Below, piece after piece: positions 9,570 to 18,504 of a stretch of DNA of 43,095 nucleotides. Source of the DNA: Candidatus Nanohaloarchaea archaeon (GTDB lineage: Archaea; Nanohalarchaeota; Nanosalinia; Nanosalinales; Nanosalinaceae). Made by a program: the position numbers and the translations under genes. The notes under the pieces were generated by a model that saw only the letters and a program-made list of their open reading frames with translations, did no database searches and was not told the origin of the DNA. Numbering within the stretch: the first letter of the stretch is position 1; each line of letters begins with the position of its first letter. The stretch spans positions 1-43,095 of the forward strand of contig JBDGRE010000016.1 in the NCBI GenBank assembly GCA_042218325.1. Reading direction: 5' to 3'.

Positions 9570-9866
9570 ATGTCCCGGGCTATCGGCGAGGAGCGCATCC
9601 GCAGGCTGTTCGAAGTCGCCGACCGCCGCGTAACGGAGGAGCGTGACGACGCACAGCATCTCGCGGATCGTTACGTCAAGCTGGCCCGGGAAATCGGGAT
9701 GTCGTACAACGTCTCAGTACCTGAGGATTTGAGGAAACGGTTCTGCCACAACTGCGGCAGCTTCCTGAAGCCCGGTGTTAACTGCCGCGTCCGTATAAAC
9801 TCGAAGAACTCCGTGGTCAACTACCACTGCGAGGAATGTGGCGAGGTGAACCGGTATGAATTCTAG
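9570..9866 (+). CDS. rnp4: Ribonuclease P protein component 4 (Rpp21)
   Basis: ERI..LF..A...A.RYV.LA..I.......P...KRFCxxC...L.PG...RVR......CxxCG...RY zinc ribbon. Confidence 0.95.
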   Translation: MSRAIGEERIRRLFEVADRRVTEERDDAQHLADRYVKLAREIGMSYNVSVPEDLRKRFCHNCGSFLKPGVNCRVRINSKNSVVNYHCEECGEVNRYEF

Positions 9867-10860
9867 ACTGTACAAGCTGCTGTGGTTCTCGGTCTCGACC
9901 GCGATAATCGGGGGTATGGTGTATTTCGCGGACATAAACCGGTTCGTCGAGGCCCTGAAGACCGCGGAAACCATGATGCTGGTGCCAGCGTTCGTCTTCG
10001 GGCTATCCGTGTTCCTTCTGTGGTCGTACGTCTGGCACAGCTTCTTCCAGACCATGGAGGTCTCTATCACTTACTTCAGGTCGCTGAAGGTTTTCATGGC
10101 CGGCCAGTTCATGAACTCGATAACGCCGATAGGCCAGTTCGGCGGCGAACCGGTTATGGCCTACATAGTATCGAAGAACACTGATGCGAGTTATGAAAAA
10201 GCGTTCTCTACCGTTTTCTCCGCAGATATAATCAACGCGGTGCCTTTCTTCACGTTCATGATCGGCGGCGCTTTCTACCTGCTGCTATTCGGCTCGCTGA
10301 AGCAGATAGTACTGCAGACGGTCTACATGGCGCTTCTTGCCACGGTCGTGGGCGGAACTATAGTTTACCTGCTGTGGTTCGAGGCCGGCAAGATAGAGGG
10401 CGCCATACTCGGGTTCCTGGAAAAACTCTCTGATTTGCTCGGCAGGGGCCAGAGCATCGTCGACCTCGCGAGGAATAAGCTGGAAAGGGTCGAGAAATCG
10501 TTCCGCACAATAGGGGAAAGTCCCCGCCATCTGCTGAAGGTCGCGTCGGTGGCACACCTCGGCTTCCTGCTCCAGCTCGGCTGCCTTTACTTCATACTGC
10601 TGTCGCTCGGGTTCGATGTTGACTTCACGCCTCTCTACTTCGTCCTGACTCTGGTGTCGTTCGGCAACTTCTCGCCGACACCGGGCGGCTCGGGGACCTT
10701 CGAGGCGCTGATGGCCTGGCTGCTGACCGTGTTCGTGCCCGAAATCACTTTTGCCTCGGCGCTGCTCGCGGCCATAATCTTCCGGATGACCACGTACTGG
10801 CCCGGCCTCGTCATAGGATACATAAGCCTCAACACGCTCGACAACGGTGCAGAAAGATGA
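9856..10860 (+). CDS. UPF0104 / lysylphosphatidylglycerol-synthase TM-domain (flippase-like) protein
   Basis: F.N.ITP.GQ.GGEP, PTPGG.G.FE, IFR..TYW motifs; multiple TM helices. Confidence 0.9.
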   Translation: MNSRLYKLLWFSVSTAIIGGMVYFADINRFVEALKTAETMMLVPAFVFGLSVFLLWSYVWHSFFQTMEVSITYFRSLKVFMAGQFMNSITPIGQFGGEPVMAYIVSKNTDASYEKAFSTVFSADIINAVPFFTFMIGGAFYLLLFGSLKQIVLQTVYMALLATVVGGTIVYLLWFEAGKIEGAILGFLEKLSDLLGRGQSIVDLARNKLERVEKSFRTIGESPRHLLKVASVAHLGFLLQLGCLYFILLSLGFDVDFTPLYFVLTLVSFGNFSPTPGGSGTFEALMAWLLTVFVPEITFASALLAAIIFRMTTYWPGLVIGYISLNTLDNGAER

Positions 10861-11192
10861 AAGAGGGACTGGTGGAGAAGCTGAAGTCCGCGGGATACAA
10901 CCGCGATGTCGTGATCAGCAGCGAGGAGTGGCAGGAGATGCTACCTGAGGAACATAGCTCGGATCTCGCGCTTGCCGCGCTGGAACAAAGGGATGAGGAC
11001 ACCTACCGGGACGACAGGAAACGGACCAGTGTCGAACTCAAGGATTACCGGCACCGGGATATGCGCGGAGAGTTCGTTGCGGAGCTGGAGCGTTTCAACC
11101 CGGAGCACCATCCGGTCCTGCATCTGCTAATCGACTTCCCCAGCTGGCTGTGGAAAAACAGGATAAGAAACCGGGGTCCCGTGGAGCTGTGA
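10857..11192 (+). CDS. Hypothetical protein
   Basis: ATGA overlap with the upstream gene; acidic; contains YRDDR...ERFNPEHHPVLHL..D.P. Confidence 0.75.
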   Translation: MKEGLVEKLKSAGYNRDVVISSEEWQEMLPEEHSSDLALAALEQRDEDTYRDDRKRTSVELKDYRHRDMRGEFVAELERFNPEHHPVLHLLIDFPSWLWKNRIRNRGPVEL

Positions 11193-11195
11193 ACC

Positions 11196-12128
11196 GTGAC
11201 CTACGCATACCTGCTTGCCGGGGAGGACATGGAGCTCGCTGAGCACGAACTCAAGGGTTTCCTGGATTCCCAGCAGCTCGAGACCGGTATCGACCGGCAG
11301 GGTTGTTTCGCGACAGCGGCGGAACCGATGGAGGGCCAGCTGAGGCGGCTCGCGCTTGTCCACGAGGTCTCGGAGGTCCTGGAAAGCGGAAAACTCGGAG
11401 AGGAGCCGGGTTACAGGTCGGAAGGCAGTTTCGCTGTCCGCGCTGTAGAGGTCACGGAAGCCGGGCACGATACCGCGGCGCTTGAAGAGGAGTTCGGCAG
11501 TGCGCTCGAAACGTCGAACAACGAGGTGGATCTGGAGGACCCGGATGAGAACCTTAGGGTCTACCTGCTTGATGATAGGTATGTGCTGTGCCGGCTCGTA
11601 CAGGATATCGACCGCGGTCTTTTCGAGAAAAGGAAGAACCAGGAGCGGCCGTTCTCCTCGCCGGTGTCTCTCGACCCGGTCCTGGCTCGTGTACTCGTCA
11701 ACCTGTCGGGTGTGAAGCCGGGCGAACACCTTCTCGACCCGTTCTGCGGTACCGGCGGCATCCTCATAGAGGCCGGTCTCTGCGGTGTAGGAGTCCACGG
11801 CCTCGATGTCCAGGAGGAGATGGTGGAAGGAACCCGGGAGAACCTCGAGGAGTACGGCGTCTTAGCGCATGACGTGAGGCAGGGCAAGATAGCTGGCGCG
11901 CCGGAGATATTCGACAGGGAGTTCGACGCGGTCGTCACCGACCTGCCCTACGGAGAGGCGTCGAAGGTGGAGGGTGAACCTGTAGAGGATTTCCTTGAAA
12001 TCATAAAGGATATCTGCAGCGGAACGGCGGTGTTCATGAGCGACCAGCCGGAGCTCAAGGGAATGGAGCCGGAGTACGAGGTCTACGTCCACAGGAACCT
12101 GACACGGTATATCTACGTTCGAGACTAG
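11196..12128 (+). CDS. trm11: tRNA m2G10 methyltransferase (Trm11/TrmG10)
   Basis: RPF.SP.SLDP.LAR.LVNL, LDPFCGTGG.LIEA, TDLPYG; THUMP-like N-terminus. Confidence 0.92.
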   Translation: MTYAYLLAGEDMELAEHELKGFLDSQQLETGIDRQGCFATAAEPMEGQLRRLALVHEVSEVLESGKLGEEPGYRSEGSFAVRAVEVTEAGHDTAALEEEFGSALETSNNEVDLEDPDENLRVYLLDDRYVLCRLVQDIDRGLFEKRKNQERPFSSPVSLDPVLARVLVNLSGVKPGEHLLDPFCGTGGILIEAGLCGVGVHGLDVQEEMVEGTRENLEEYGVLAHDVRQGKIAGAPEIFDREFDAVVTDLPYGEASKVEGEPVEDFLEIIKDICSGTAVFMSDQPELKGMEPEYEVYVHRNLTRYIYVRD

Positions 12129-12664
12129 AGTTGTTCGTATTCCTCATCGCTTAGCATGGGGAGTACATAGGTGCCTTCTACCTCTTCATGCAGTTCGTCC
12201 GGCTGGGCGCCCGCGTTCTCGATCAGTCTATAGGCGCGGTTTTCAAGTCCCTTGGGGAGCTCGTATCTCATATCCTTCAGCGTCTCCCCCAGCTGTTCTT
12301 CCTTTTCCGAGTAGCTTATCGCGGTCTCGATACTTATCATATTCTCGGCCATTTGTAGCCATTCCTCACTTGCGTAGGCGTCTTTATCGCCCTCGGGAGA
12401 GACTACCGCTGGGAATATCTTGCCTTCAAGTATCCCGTAAACGAAGATATTGCCTCTCTGCTGTAGCTCTTTCTCCACCTCGAGCTGTAGGGCATGGATG
12501 CTTCTGGAAGTTTCCTGTTCTCTCCGCCTCTCCAGACTCTCTTCCGCCAGAAAATCGATCTGTAGGTCTTTTATGGCTGCTTCTTTGTCCTCTGCATCAT
12601 GCCTATGACCGGGAATCTCCTCCCAAGATATGTAGTCACCACCGCCCACAGGAAACCTTGACAT
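12125..12664 (-). CDS. Hypothetical protein (ORFan)
   Basis: 179 aa acidic ORF; TATATAA 23 nt upstream; CTAG stop overlap with trm11. Confidence 0.75.
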   Translation of the reverse strand: MSRFPVGGGDYISWEEIPGHRHDAEDKEAAIKDLQIDFLAEESLERRREQETSRSIHALQLEVEKELQQRGNIFVYGILEGKIFPAVVSPEGDKDAYASEEWLQMAENMISIETAISYSEKEEQLGETLKDMRYELPKGLENRAYRLIENAGAQPDELHEEVEGTYVLPMLSDEEYEQL

Positions 12665-12668
12665 ATTT

Positions 12669-12692
12669 GTTACTTATAGATAGTTACTTATA
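12669..12692. repeat. Direct repeat GTTACTTATA x2 overlapping a promoter
   Basis: Exact copies at 12669-12678 and 12683-12692. Confidence 0.6.
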
Positions 12693-12747
12693 TACCTGTC
12701 GATGCGGTCCAATAACCGATTAAAGAATAGCGACCCAATCCTTCATC

Positions 12748-13656
12748 ATGGACGTATGGACTATCGGCACTTCGAGCGCGGTTCCTACACGCGAGAGATC
12801 CCTGCCGGCGAACATGATAAACTATCAGGGTGAGCGCATCCTATTTGACTGTGGAGAGGGAGCACAGCGCCGGATGATGATGGACAAGCTCGGCCTGATG
12901 AAGGTCTCTCGCGTATTCATAACCCACTGGCACGCTGACCACTTCTCCGGCCTCCTCGGGCTGATACAGACGCTGGAGATGGAGGGCCGCGAGCACCCGC
13001 TATACATCTACGGTCCGCCCCGGACCGAGGAGTTCACGGAACGCATACTTGACACCGGCTACTTCAACCGCAACTACGATATATTCGTGGAAGACGTGGT
13101 CGAGGGCGACGGTATCGTGGGAGAGGGCTACGAGGTCCGACCATTCGAGGTGGATCACAGCGTCAACGCTTTCGGATACGTGTTCGAGGAGGAGGACAGC
13201 GTCAAGGCCAACAAACAGAAGATGGAAGAACTCGGTCTCGGCAGCTCGCCGAAGATCGGCAAGCTGAAGTCGGGAGAGTCCATAGAGTGGGAGGGCGAAA
13301 CTATCGAACCGGGGGAAGTCGTGGAAGAGATGCCGGGCCGCAAGGTGGTTTACTCCGGTGATACCGCGAAATGCCAGAACCTCATCGACCACGCGGAAGG
13401 CGCGGACCTGCTGATCCACGAGTCTACTGTCGGCCACGAACTCATCGACAGCCGACGTTACCACACGTCGGCGAAACAGGCCGCGGAGATAGCGAAAGAG
13501 GCGGGGGTCGACAGGCTCGCATTGACACATCTCTCAAGGCGTTACCGCGGCGGCAAGGAGAAAGAGCTGCTTGACGAGGCCCGGGAAGTGTTCGAAGATT
13601 CCTTTCTTGGAGAAGACGGCAAGAAGTTCGAGATAGGGCCGCACCGCCCAGAATAG
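12748..13656 (+). CDS. rnz: Ribonuclease Z
   Basis: GTSSAVPT.ER, FDCGEG, THWHADH, exosite region, SGDT, HEST, LTHLS.RY. Confidence 0.96.
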   Translation: MDVWTIGTSSAVPTRERSLPANMINYQGERILFDCGEGAQRRMMMDKLGLMKVSRVFITHWHADHFSGLLGLIQTLEMEGREHPLYIYGPPRTEEFTERILDTGYFNRNYDIFVEDVVEGDGIVGEGYEVRPFEVDHSVNAFGYVFEEEDSVKANKQKMEELGLGSSPKIGKLKSGESIEWEGETIEPGEVVEEMPGRKVVYSGDTAKCQNLIDHAEGADLLIHESTVGHELIDSRRYHTSAKQAAEIAKEAGVDRLALTHLSRRYRGGKEKELLDEAREVFEDSFLGEDGKKFEIGPHRPE

Positions 13657-13687
13657 CCTTTTAATTGCTGTGGCTAATTAGTAACAT

Positions 13688-14593
13688 ATGATTAATGAGG
13701 AGATCCGGGAGAGGCTTCTGGAGGTCTCAATTGAGGCGGATCTGGAGTTGAAGGGTTACGGTCTAGACCAGGATATGATGCCAGAAATCCGTTACAGTAC
13801 CATTATAGGGGATACCAACACTGCAAAGTACGACCCGGTTTCTGACGCTATATATGTCTCACTGGACCCGGGACAGGTATCGGAGGTAGGAAGAGAGGAG
13901 ATACGCACCGAGATAATGTCTGAGCTCCTGATAGCCTATTCAGTCGACAGGGAAGAACTCCTGGAGGAAAGAGAGGAATACAGGGAGCTGCAGAGTCTTT
14001 ACGAGTCAGCCAAGGAACCTCTTGAGATATTACTGAACCATATCGAGGATGTTTACTCGGAGACTTACGGTGTTCCAAGGACACATTTCGGGACACCGGA
14101 ATCAGTAGAGTTCCACGTGGATAAGATAAGAGAGGGGGACAGGATCCGCCTGAGGGATCTAAGGGGCAGGTTTACGAACCTGCATGCCTGGGCCGAAGAG
14201 GCGGGGCAGGATGCAGAAGGCCATCCTCTTATAGGAGAGGAAGATGTAGACTTCTACCTCGATGTCCTGGATGAGAACTTCGATACGCTCCAGGCAGCTC
14301 TTGATGCAAAGAGAGAAAAGGAGAAAAAACTCGAACGTACGGTCAGGAACGGAAGAGACGCTGTAAACGATAAAGTCAACCAGGCGGCTTCCCGCATAAT
14401 GCCTCTCGACCGGCACGGAAATCTCGGCAGCATAACCGGTGAGGAAAGAGAAAGGTTTCTGGACAACACGGAGGTCGACGAGGATGTCGAAGAATTGATC
14501 GAAGAGATACTTCTCGGAATCGAAATCGCCGAAGACGAGGACCCCTCTGAAGCTCTGAAGAGCGAGCTCAGGAGCCATAAATCAGATTACTGA
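13688..14593 (+). CDS. Hypothetical helical protein, N-terminus possibly a degenerate zincin fold
   Basis: 301 aa acidic ORF with TATA about 22 nt upstream; AKYDP...IYV...R.EIMSELLIA pattern. Confidence 0.75.
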   Translation: MINEEIRERLLEVSIEADLELKGYGLDQDMMPEIRYSTIIGDTNTAKYDPVSDAIYVSLDPGQVSEVGREEIRTEIMSELLIAYSVDREELLEEREEYRELQSLYESAKEPLEILLNHIEDVYSETYGVPRTHFGTPESVEFHVDKIREGDRIRLRDLRGRFTNLHAWAEEAGQDAEGHPLIGEEDVDFYLDVLDENFDTLQAALDAKREKEKKLERTVRNGRDAVNDKVNQAASRIMPLDRHGNLGSITGEERERFLDNTEVDEDVEELIEEILLGIEIAEDEDPSEALKSELRSHKSDY

Positions 14594-15105
14594 TCGGGTT
14601 CTTTCGTCAGCTTCTCTTCTCCGCTCGGAACTACCTCTATCTCCGCGTCCTCGAAGTCTTCCTTTATCGCCGTCAACCGGTCGAGCAGCACTGCGAGCGC
14701 CGCGATCTCCGAGTGAGGCTGGTTGCCGACCGAGATGTTGTAGTCCGCCTCCCTGTATACCTCTTGCGGCACCTTCTCAGCACCGACCACGACAAGAAAA
14801 TCGCCTTCCTGGAACGCGTCCTGTAGCTCCTGCTCCTTTTCATCTACGCGCTCGCCGTACATAGTGAGGTGTACTATCGCGCCCTCGAACTCGTCGAGGA
14901 TTTTCCTCCAGTCCTCCCGGTACTCGACGGAGAAATCGCCGCCCCACCGCTCCACTATGTCGCGTATCGACTTCATCATCGGGCGGTCGCGCTCGCCGCT
15001 GTACGTGATGCCCGAGCATCCCCACTGCCGTGCGGTAAGCCCGACGTGGGTGGAGATGCGGTCGTCGCGGCCAGCACGGTGACCGAGCCGGAGAACGTGT
15101 ATCAT
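14587..15105 (-). CDS. trm56: tRNA (cytidine56-2'-O)-methyltransferase
   Basis: VLRLGHR..RD.R.STHV.LTAR, VHLTMYG, VVGAEKVP, N.SVGNQPHSE.AAL. Confidence 0.96.
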   Translation of the reverse strand: MIHVLRLGHRAGRDDRISTHVGLTARQWGCSGITYSGERDRPMMKSIRDIVERWGGDFSVEYREDWRKILDEFEGAIVHLTMYGERVDEKEQELQDAFQEGDFLVVVGAEKVPQEVYREADYNISVGNQPHSEIAALAVLLDRLTAIKEDFEDAEIEVVPSGEEKLTKEPDQ

Positions 15106-15127
15106 GCTTGAGTGATTCGGCCGGGAA

Positions 15128-15346
15128 TTATTTATCGCTGCTGGGTACGTGGTTGTAGGCGTCGTATATCGAGTAGAACCAGATCACAGGATAAAGTATG
15201 AACCCTATAAGAATGATGACCAGCGCTCCTGCTATCAGCGCGCCGAGAGCAATACCTATACCCTTCCATAACTCTCCCTTCACTATCTGTCCAAGTCCAG
15301 GTATGAAAAATGACAGTATGGCGGGAACCCCGTATTTCTCATCAAT
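15128..15346 (-). CDS. Small two-helix membrane protein (TM2-like, 72 aa), probable ATT start; absent from the ORF track
   Basis: Reads (M)DEKYGVPAILSFFIPGLGQIVKGELWKGIGIALGALIAGALVIILIGFILYPVIWFYSIYDAYNHVPSSDK*, with LS.FIPGLGQ...G...KG and W.YSIYDAY patterns. Confidence 0.8.
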   Translation of the reverse strand: MDEKYGVPAILSFFIPGLGQIVKGELWKGIGIALGALIAGALVIILIGFILYPVIWFYSIYDAYNHVPSSDK

Positions 15347-15434
15347 AAACCGTCTTGGAAGGGAAGCCGTTAAATAACTGTGGAAGTCTTTAATCGCCGC
15401 TGATTTAAGGAAGGGGACGTAAGATTAAGACACT

Positions 15435-16049
15435 ATGGAACTACTCGACGAATGGCTCGAGACTTTCGAGTCAGTTCTTACTGGACCTTCCGAGTACTTC
15501 CGGACCGAAGAGAGACGTGACGGCTTCGGCTACTCACTGAAGTTCGCGATCGTCTCGGTCGTCCTCGCGGCAGTTTTCAACGCTGCAAGAGCAGGGTTCT
15601 TCGGACCGACGCAGCTCGGCCAGACGTTGCCTTTCGCGGGCAGCGCGATGGTGGCGCTGGGGGTACTGGTACTTTCGCCCATAATGGCTATCATAGGCCT
15701 GCTGATCTCCGCGGGACTTGTCCACATCTTCGTGGCGCTGCTTGGGGGAGATGCAGGTTACAGCGAGACCCTCTCGGTCTTCGAGTACGCCACGGCGATC
15801 TCGCCGATCACGTCACTGATGTCTCTCGTCCCGGTAGTCGGGGGGCTGGTAAACCTGGTTCTCGCTATCTACGGCCTCTACATACAGGTAAGAGGCCTGG
15901 AAGAGTTCCAGGGTCTCTCCACATGGAGGGCGCTCGGGGCTATAGTCCTACCAGGACTCGTGATCGCCGCGGTAGTGGTCATCCTGGTATTCGCTATGGG
16001 GGCGGCTTTCGCCGGTCTCACGCAGATGTCGCCAGGGATGGTCCAGTAG
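15435..16049 (+). CDS. Yip1-family membrane protein
   Basis: L..P.EYF, HIFV.LLGG...Y..T...F.Y, P.VG......Y..Y....GL......S..RA. Confidence 0.85.
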   Translation: MELLDEWLETFESVLTGPSEYFRTEERRDGFGYSLKFAIVSVVLAAVFNAARAGFFGPTQLGQTLPFAGSAMVALGVLVLSPIMAIIGLLISAGLVHIFVALLGGDAGYSETLSVFEYATAISPITSLMSLVPVVGGLVNLVLAIYGLYIQVRGLEEFQGLSTWRALGAIVLPGLVIAAVVVILVFAMGAAFAGLTQMSPGMVQ

Positions 16050-16124
16050 CTACTTCTACCTATTTTTTTACTTTCTTTTTTCCCCGCGACCACCCTTTTA
16101 AGCTTGAACCGGCAATACACTCTT

Positions 16125-16196
16125 GATTCCAATGAAGGGTGGCTACTTTACCCCGCGGTCACGTGTATAGCTACGACATCTCCAGCCTCCGAAATC
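16125..16196 (+). ncRNA. Candidate box C/D-like or K-turn small RNA
   Basis: Own TATA (16096-16101), terminal GATT/AATC stem, C-like ATGAAGG (16132-16138), D-like CCGA (16189-16192). Confidence 0.3.
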
Positions 16197-16227
16197 TTCT
16201 AAATAGCTTCTCCCGGTGTGTACATGT

Positions 16228-18150
16228 ATGATGGAAGTAGAACTGCCGGACGGCTCCACGCTCGACCTCGAAGAAGGCGCGACAGTGGAGGACGCGGCCT
16301 ACGAGATAGGAGAAGGACTCGGAAAAGATACTGTAGCAGGAAAGGTCAACGGCGACCTCGTGGCGAAGGAGCACGAACTCGAAGACGGCGACGAACTCGT
16401 GATAGTAACTGAGGAGAGCGACGGGTACATCGACGTACTCCGGCACAGCGCAGCACACGTCTTCGCGCAGGCTCTAAAGAGAAAGTTCCCGGATGCGAGG
16501 CTGACCATCGGACCCTGGACCTCGGATGGATTTTACTACGACATCGCGAACGTAGAACTTGACAAGGAGGACCTCGAAGAGATAAAACAGGAGGCCGAGA
16601 AGATAATAGCGGAGGACCTCGAAATCGAGAAGGAGGAAGTTTCTCGGGAAGAGGCAGAGGAGTTCTTCAGCGACAACCGTTTCAAGCAGGAGATACTTGA
16701 GGAGGAGGCATCGGGCGGTGAAACAGTTTCGTTCTACGAGCAGGGTGAGTTCCGCGACCTGTGCATGGGCCCACACGTCTCCTCGACTGGCGAGATCGGC
16801 GGCTTCAAGCTGCTGGAGATAGCGGGCGCCTACTGGCGCGGCGACGAGGAGAACCGGATGCTGACACGCGTCTACGGAACTGCGTTCCCCACGGAAGAAG
16901 AGCTCGAAGAGTACCTCGAGCAGCGGAGGGAGGCCGAGAAACGCGACCACCGCCGTATCGGCCAGCAGATGGACCTGTTCTCCGTGCCCGAGTTCGCGCC
17001 GGGAGGCCCGCACTACCACCGAGCCGGCATGAAAATACGCCGCGAGCTCGAGGAGTACATCAGGCAGAAAAACGAGGAGCTGGGCTACGAGGAGGTCTGG
17101 ACGCCGGAACTGAATAAGGCGGAGCTTTGGAAGAGGACCGGCCACTACGAGGCGTTCAAGGAGGAGGGCGAGATGTTCGCCTGGGAGCAGAACGACGAGG
17201 AATACGGACTGAAACCGATGAACTGCGCCAACCACAGCCACATCTTCGACTCCGACAAGCGCTCGTACCGCGAGCTCCCGATAAAACTGTCGGAGTTCGG
17301 TACCGTCAACCGCAACGAGCAGTCCGGAGAACTTTCAGGTCTTCTCCGGGTCCGCACGCTCACGCAGGACGACGGACACGCTTACCTCAGGAAGGACCAG
17401 ATAGAGGAGGAGGTCAAGAAGCACCTTGAGACGATTATCGAGATGTACCAGGAGTTCGGGTTCGAGGTGAGCTTCATCATGGAGACCAAGCCCGACAAGG
17501 CGCAGGGCCCCGACGAGCTCTGGGAGGAAGCACAGCAGGCGCTGCGGAACGCGCTGGAGGAAAAGGTCGACGACTACGAGGTCAAACCGGAAGAGGGTGC
17601 GTTCTACGGCCCGAAGATCGGCGTCGAGGTCGAGGACGCCATAGGCCGGGAATGGCAGCTTGGAACGGTGCAGCTCGACTTCGTCATCCCGCGCAACTAC
17701 GGGCTGACATACGTCGGCGAGGACAATGAGGAGCACTATCCCGTGATGCTCCACAGGGCTATCCTCGGCTCCATCGAACGGTTCATGGGCGTCATGATAG
17801 AGCACTTCGCCGGCGACTTCCCGACATGGCTGGCACCGGAGCAGGTACGCATCCTGCCTGTCAGCGACGATAACCTCGATTATGCGCGCGAGCTTCAGGA
17901 GGATCTGGATGATTTCAGGGTCGAAATCGAGGACCGGTCATGGACGCTTGAGAAGAAGATACAGGCCGCCCACAACGACCGGGTGCCGTACATGCTGATA
18001 GTCGGGGACAACGAGGCAAAAGCGGGAGAAGTCTCGGTGCGGGACCGCGACGAGAGGGAGGAGCGTGGCTTCACGGTCGACGAGTTCCGCTCGCATCTGT
18101 GGGAAGAGGTCGACGAGAAGCGGCTGGAGCCGGACCTGCTTTCAGATTAG
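16228..18150 (+). CDS. thrS: Threonyl-tRNA synthetase (bacterial/eukaryal type with TGS and editing domains)
   Basis: TGS domain, RHSAAH, DLC.GPH, AGAYWRGD, RDHR, LKPMNC, GAFYGPK, HRAILGS.ERF. Confidence 0.98.
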   Translation: MMEVELPDGSTLDLEEGATVEDAAYEIGEGLGKDTVAGKVNGDLVAKEHELEDGDELVIVTEESDGYIDVLRHSAAHVFAQALKRKFPDARLTIGPWTSDGFYYDIANVELDKEDLEEIKQEAEKIIAEDLEIEKEEVSREEAEEFFSDNRFKQEILEEEASGGETVSFYEQGEFRDLCMGPHVSSTGEIGGFKLLEIAGAYWRGDEENRMLTRVYGTAFPTEEELEEYLEQRREAEKRDHRRIGQQMDLFSVPEFAPGGPHYHRAGMKIRRELEEYIRQKNEELGYEEVWTPELNKAELWKRTGHYEAFKEEGEMFAWEQNDEEYGLKPMNCANHSHIFDSDKRSYRELPIKLSEFGTVNRNEQSGELSGLLRVRTLTQDDGHAYLRKDQIEEEVKKHLETIIEMYQEFGFEVSFIMETKPDKAQGPDELWEEAQQALRNALEEKVDDYEVKPEEGAFYGPKIGVEVEDAIGREWQLGTVQLDFVIPRNYGLTYVGEDNEEHYPVMLHRAILGSIERFMGVMIEHFAGDFPTWLAPEQVRILPVSDDNLDYARELQEDLDDFRVEIEDRSWTLEKKIQAAHNDRVPYMLIVGDNEAKAGEVSVRDRDEREERGFTVDEFRSHLWEEVDEKRLEPDLLSD

Positions 18151-18504
18151 CTCGGCAGGTTCCGCCTCTTCGATATCTTCCAGGCTGTACTCGCGGAAGA
18201 CGCTCCGGCTTTCTTCTTCCGCGTACCCTGCTTCTGCCAGCTGCTGGAGGACAAGCTGGACGCTTCCCATGCCGTACTCCGGTTTCAGGGGAGAGCTTTC
18301 CAGCAGCCGTTCTCCCTCCTCCTGCCAGTGGCCGCGCACGTTCACCTCATCCTTCCCCACAAGCGTATCGTAAATCGCTTTCACGGTCTCCAGGTTCTGG
18401 TCCAGGTGCCTGGCGTGCCTGTCGGTCGCTATATACAGGTGCCTCTGGAAGGGAGCTTTTACTGCTTTTCGGCGGCAAACTGATTTTAAACGCCGCGAGA
18501 ACAC
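18142..18504 (-). CDS. Hypothetical protein, possibly winged-helix-like; start uncertain
   Basis: Acidic C-terminal portion with SVQLVLQQLAEAGY. The listed GTG lies upstream of the likely TATA (18484-18490), so the true start is probably near 18462. Confidence 0.5.
   Translation of the reverse strand: MFSRRLKSVCRRKAVKAPFQRHLYIATDRHARHLDQNLETVKAIYDTLVGKDEVNVRGHWQEEGERLLESSPLKPEYGMGSVQLVLQQLAEAGYAEEESRSVFREYSLEDIEEAEPAELI

Noticed and set aside
16050-16227. T-box or tRNA-mimic leader regulating thrS
   Set aside because: No T-box consensus or convincing anticodon-like hairpin, and thrS has its own TATA at leaderless spacing.
16228-18150. Bacterial-type ThrRS as a novelty
   Set aside because: This type is already known in halophilic and several other archaea.
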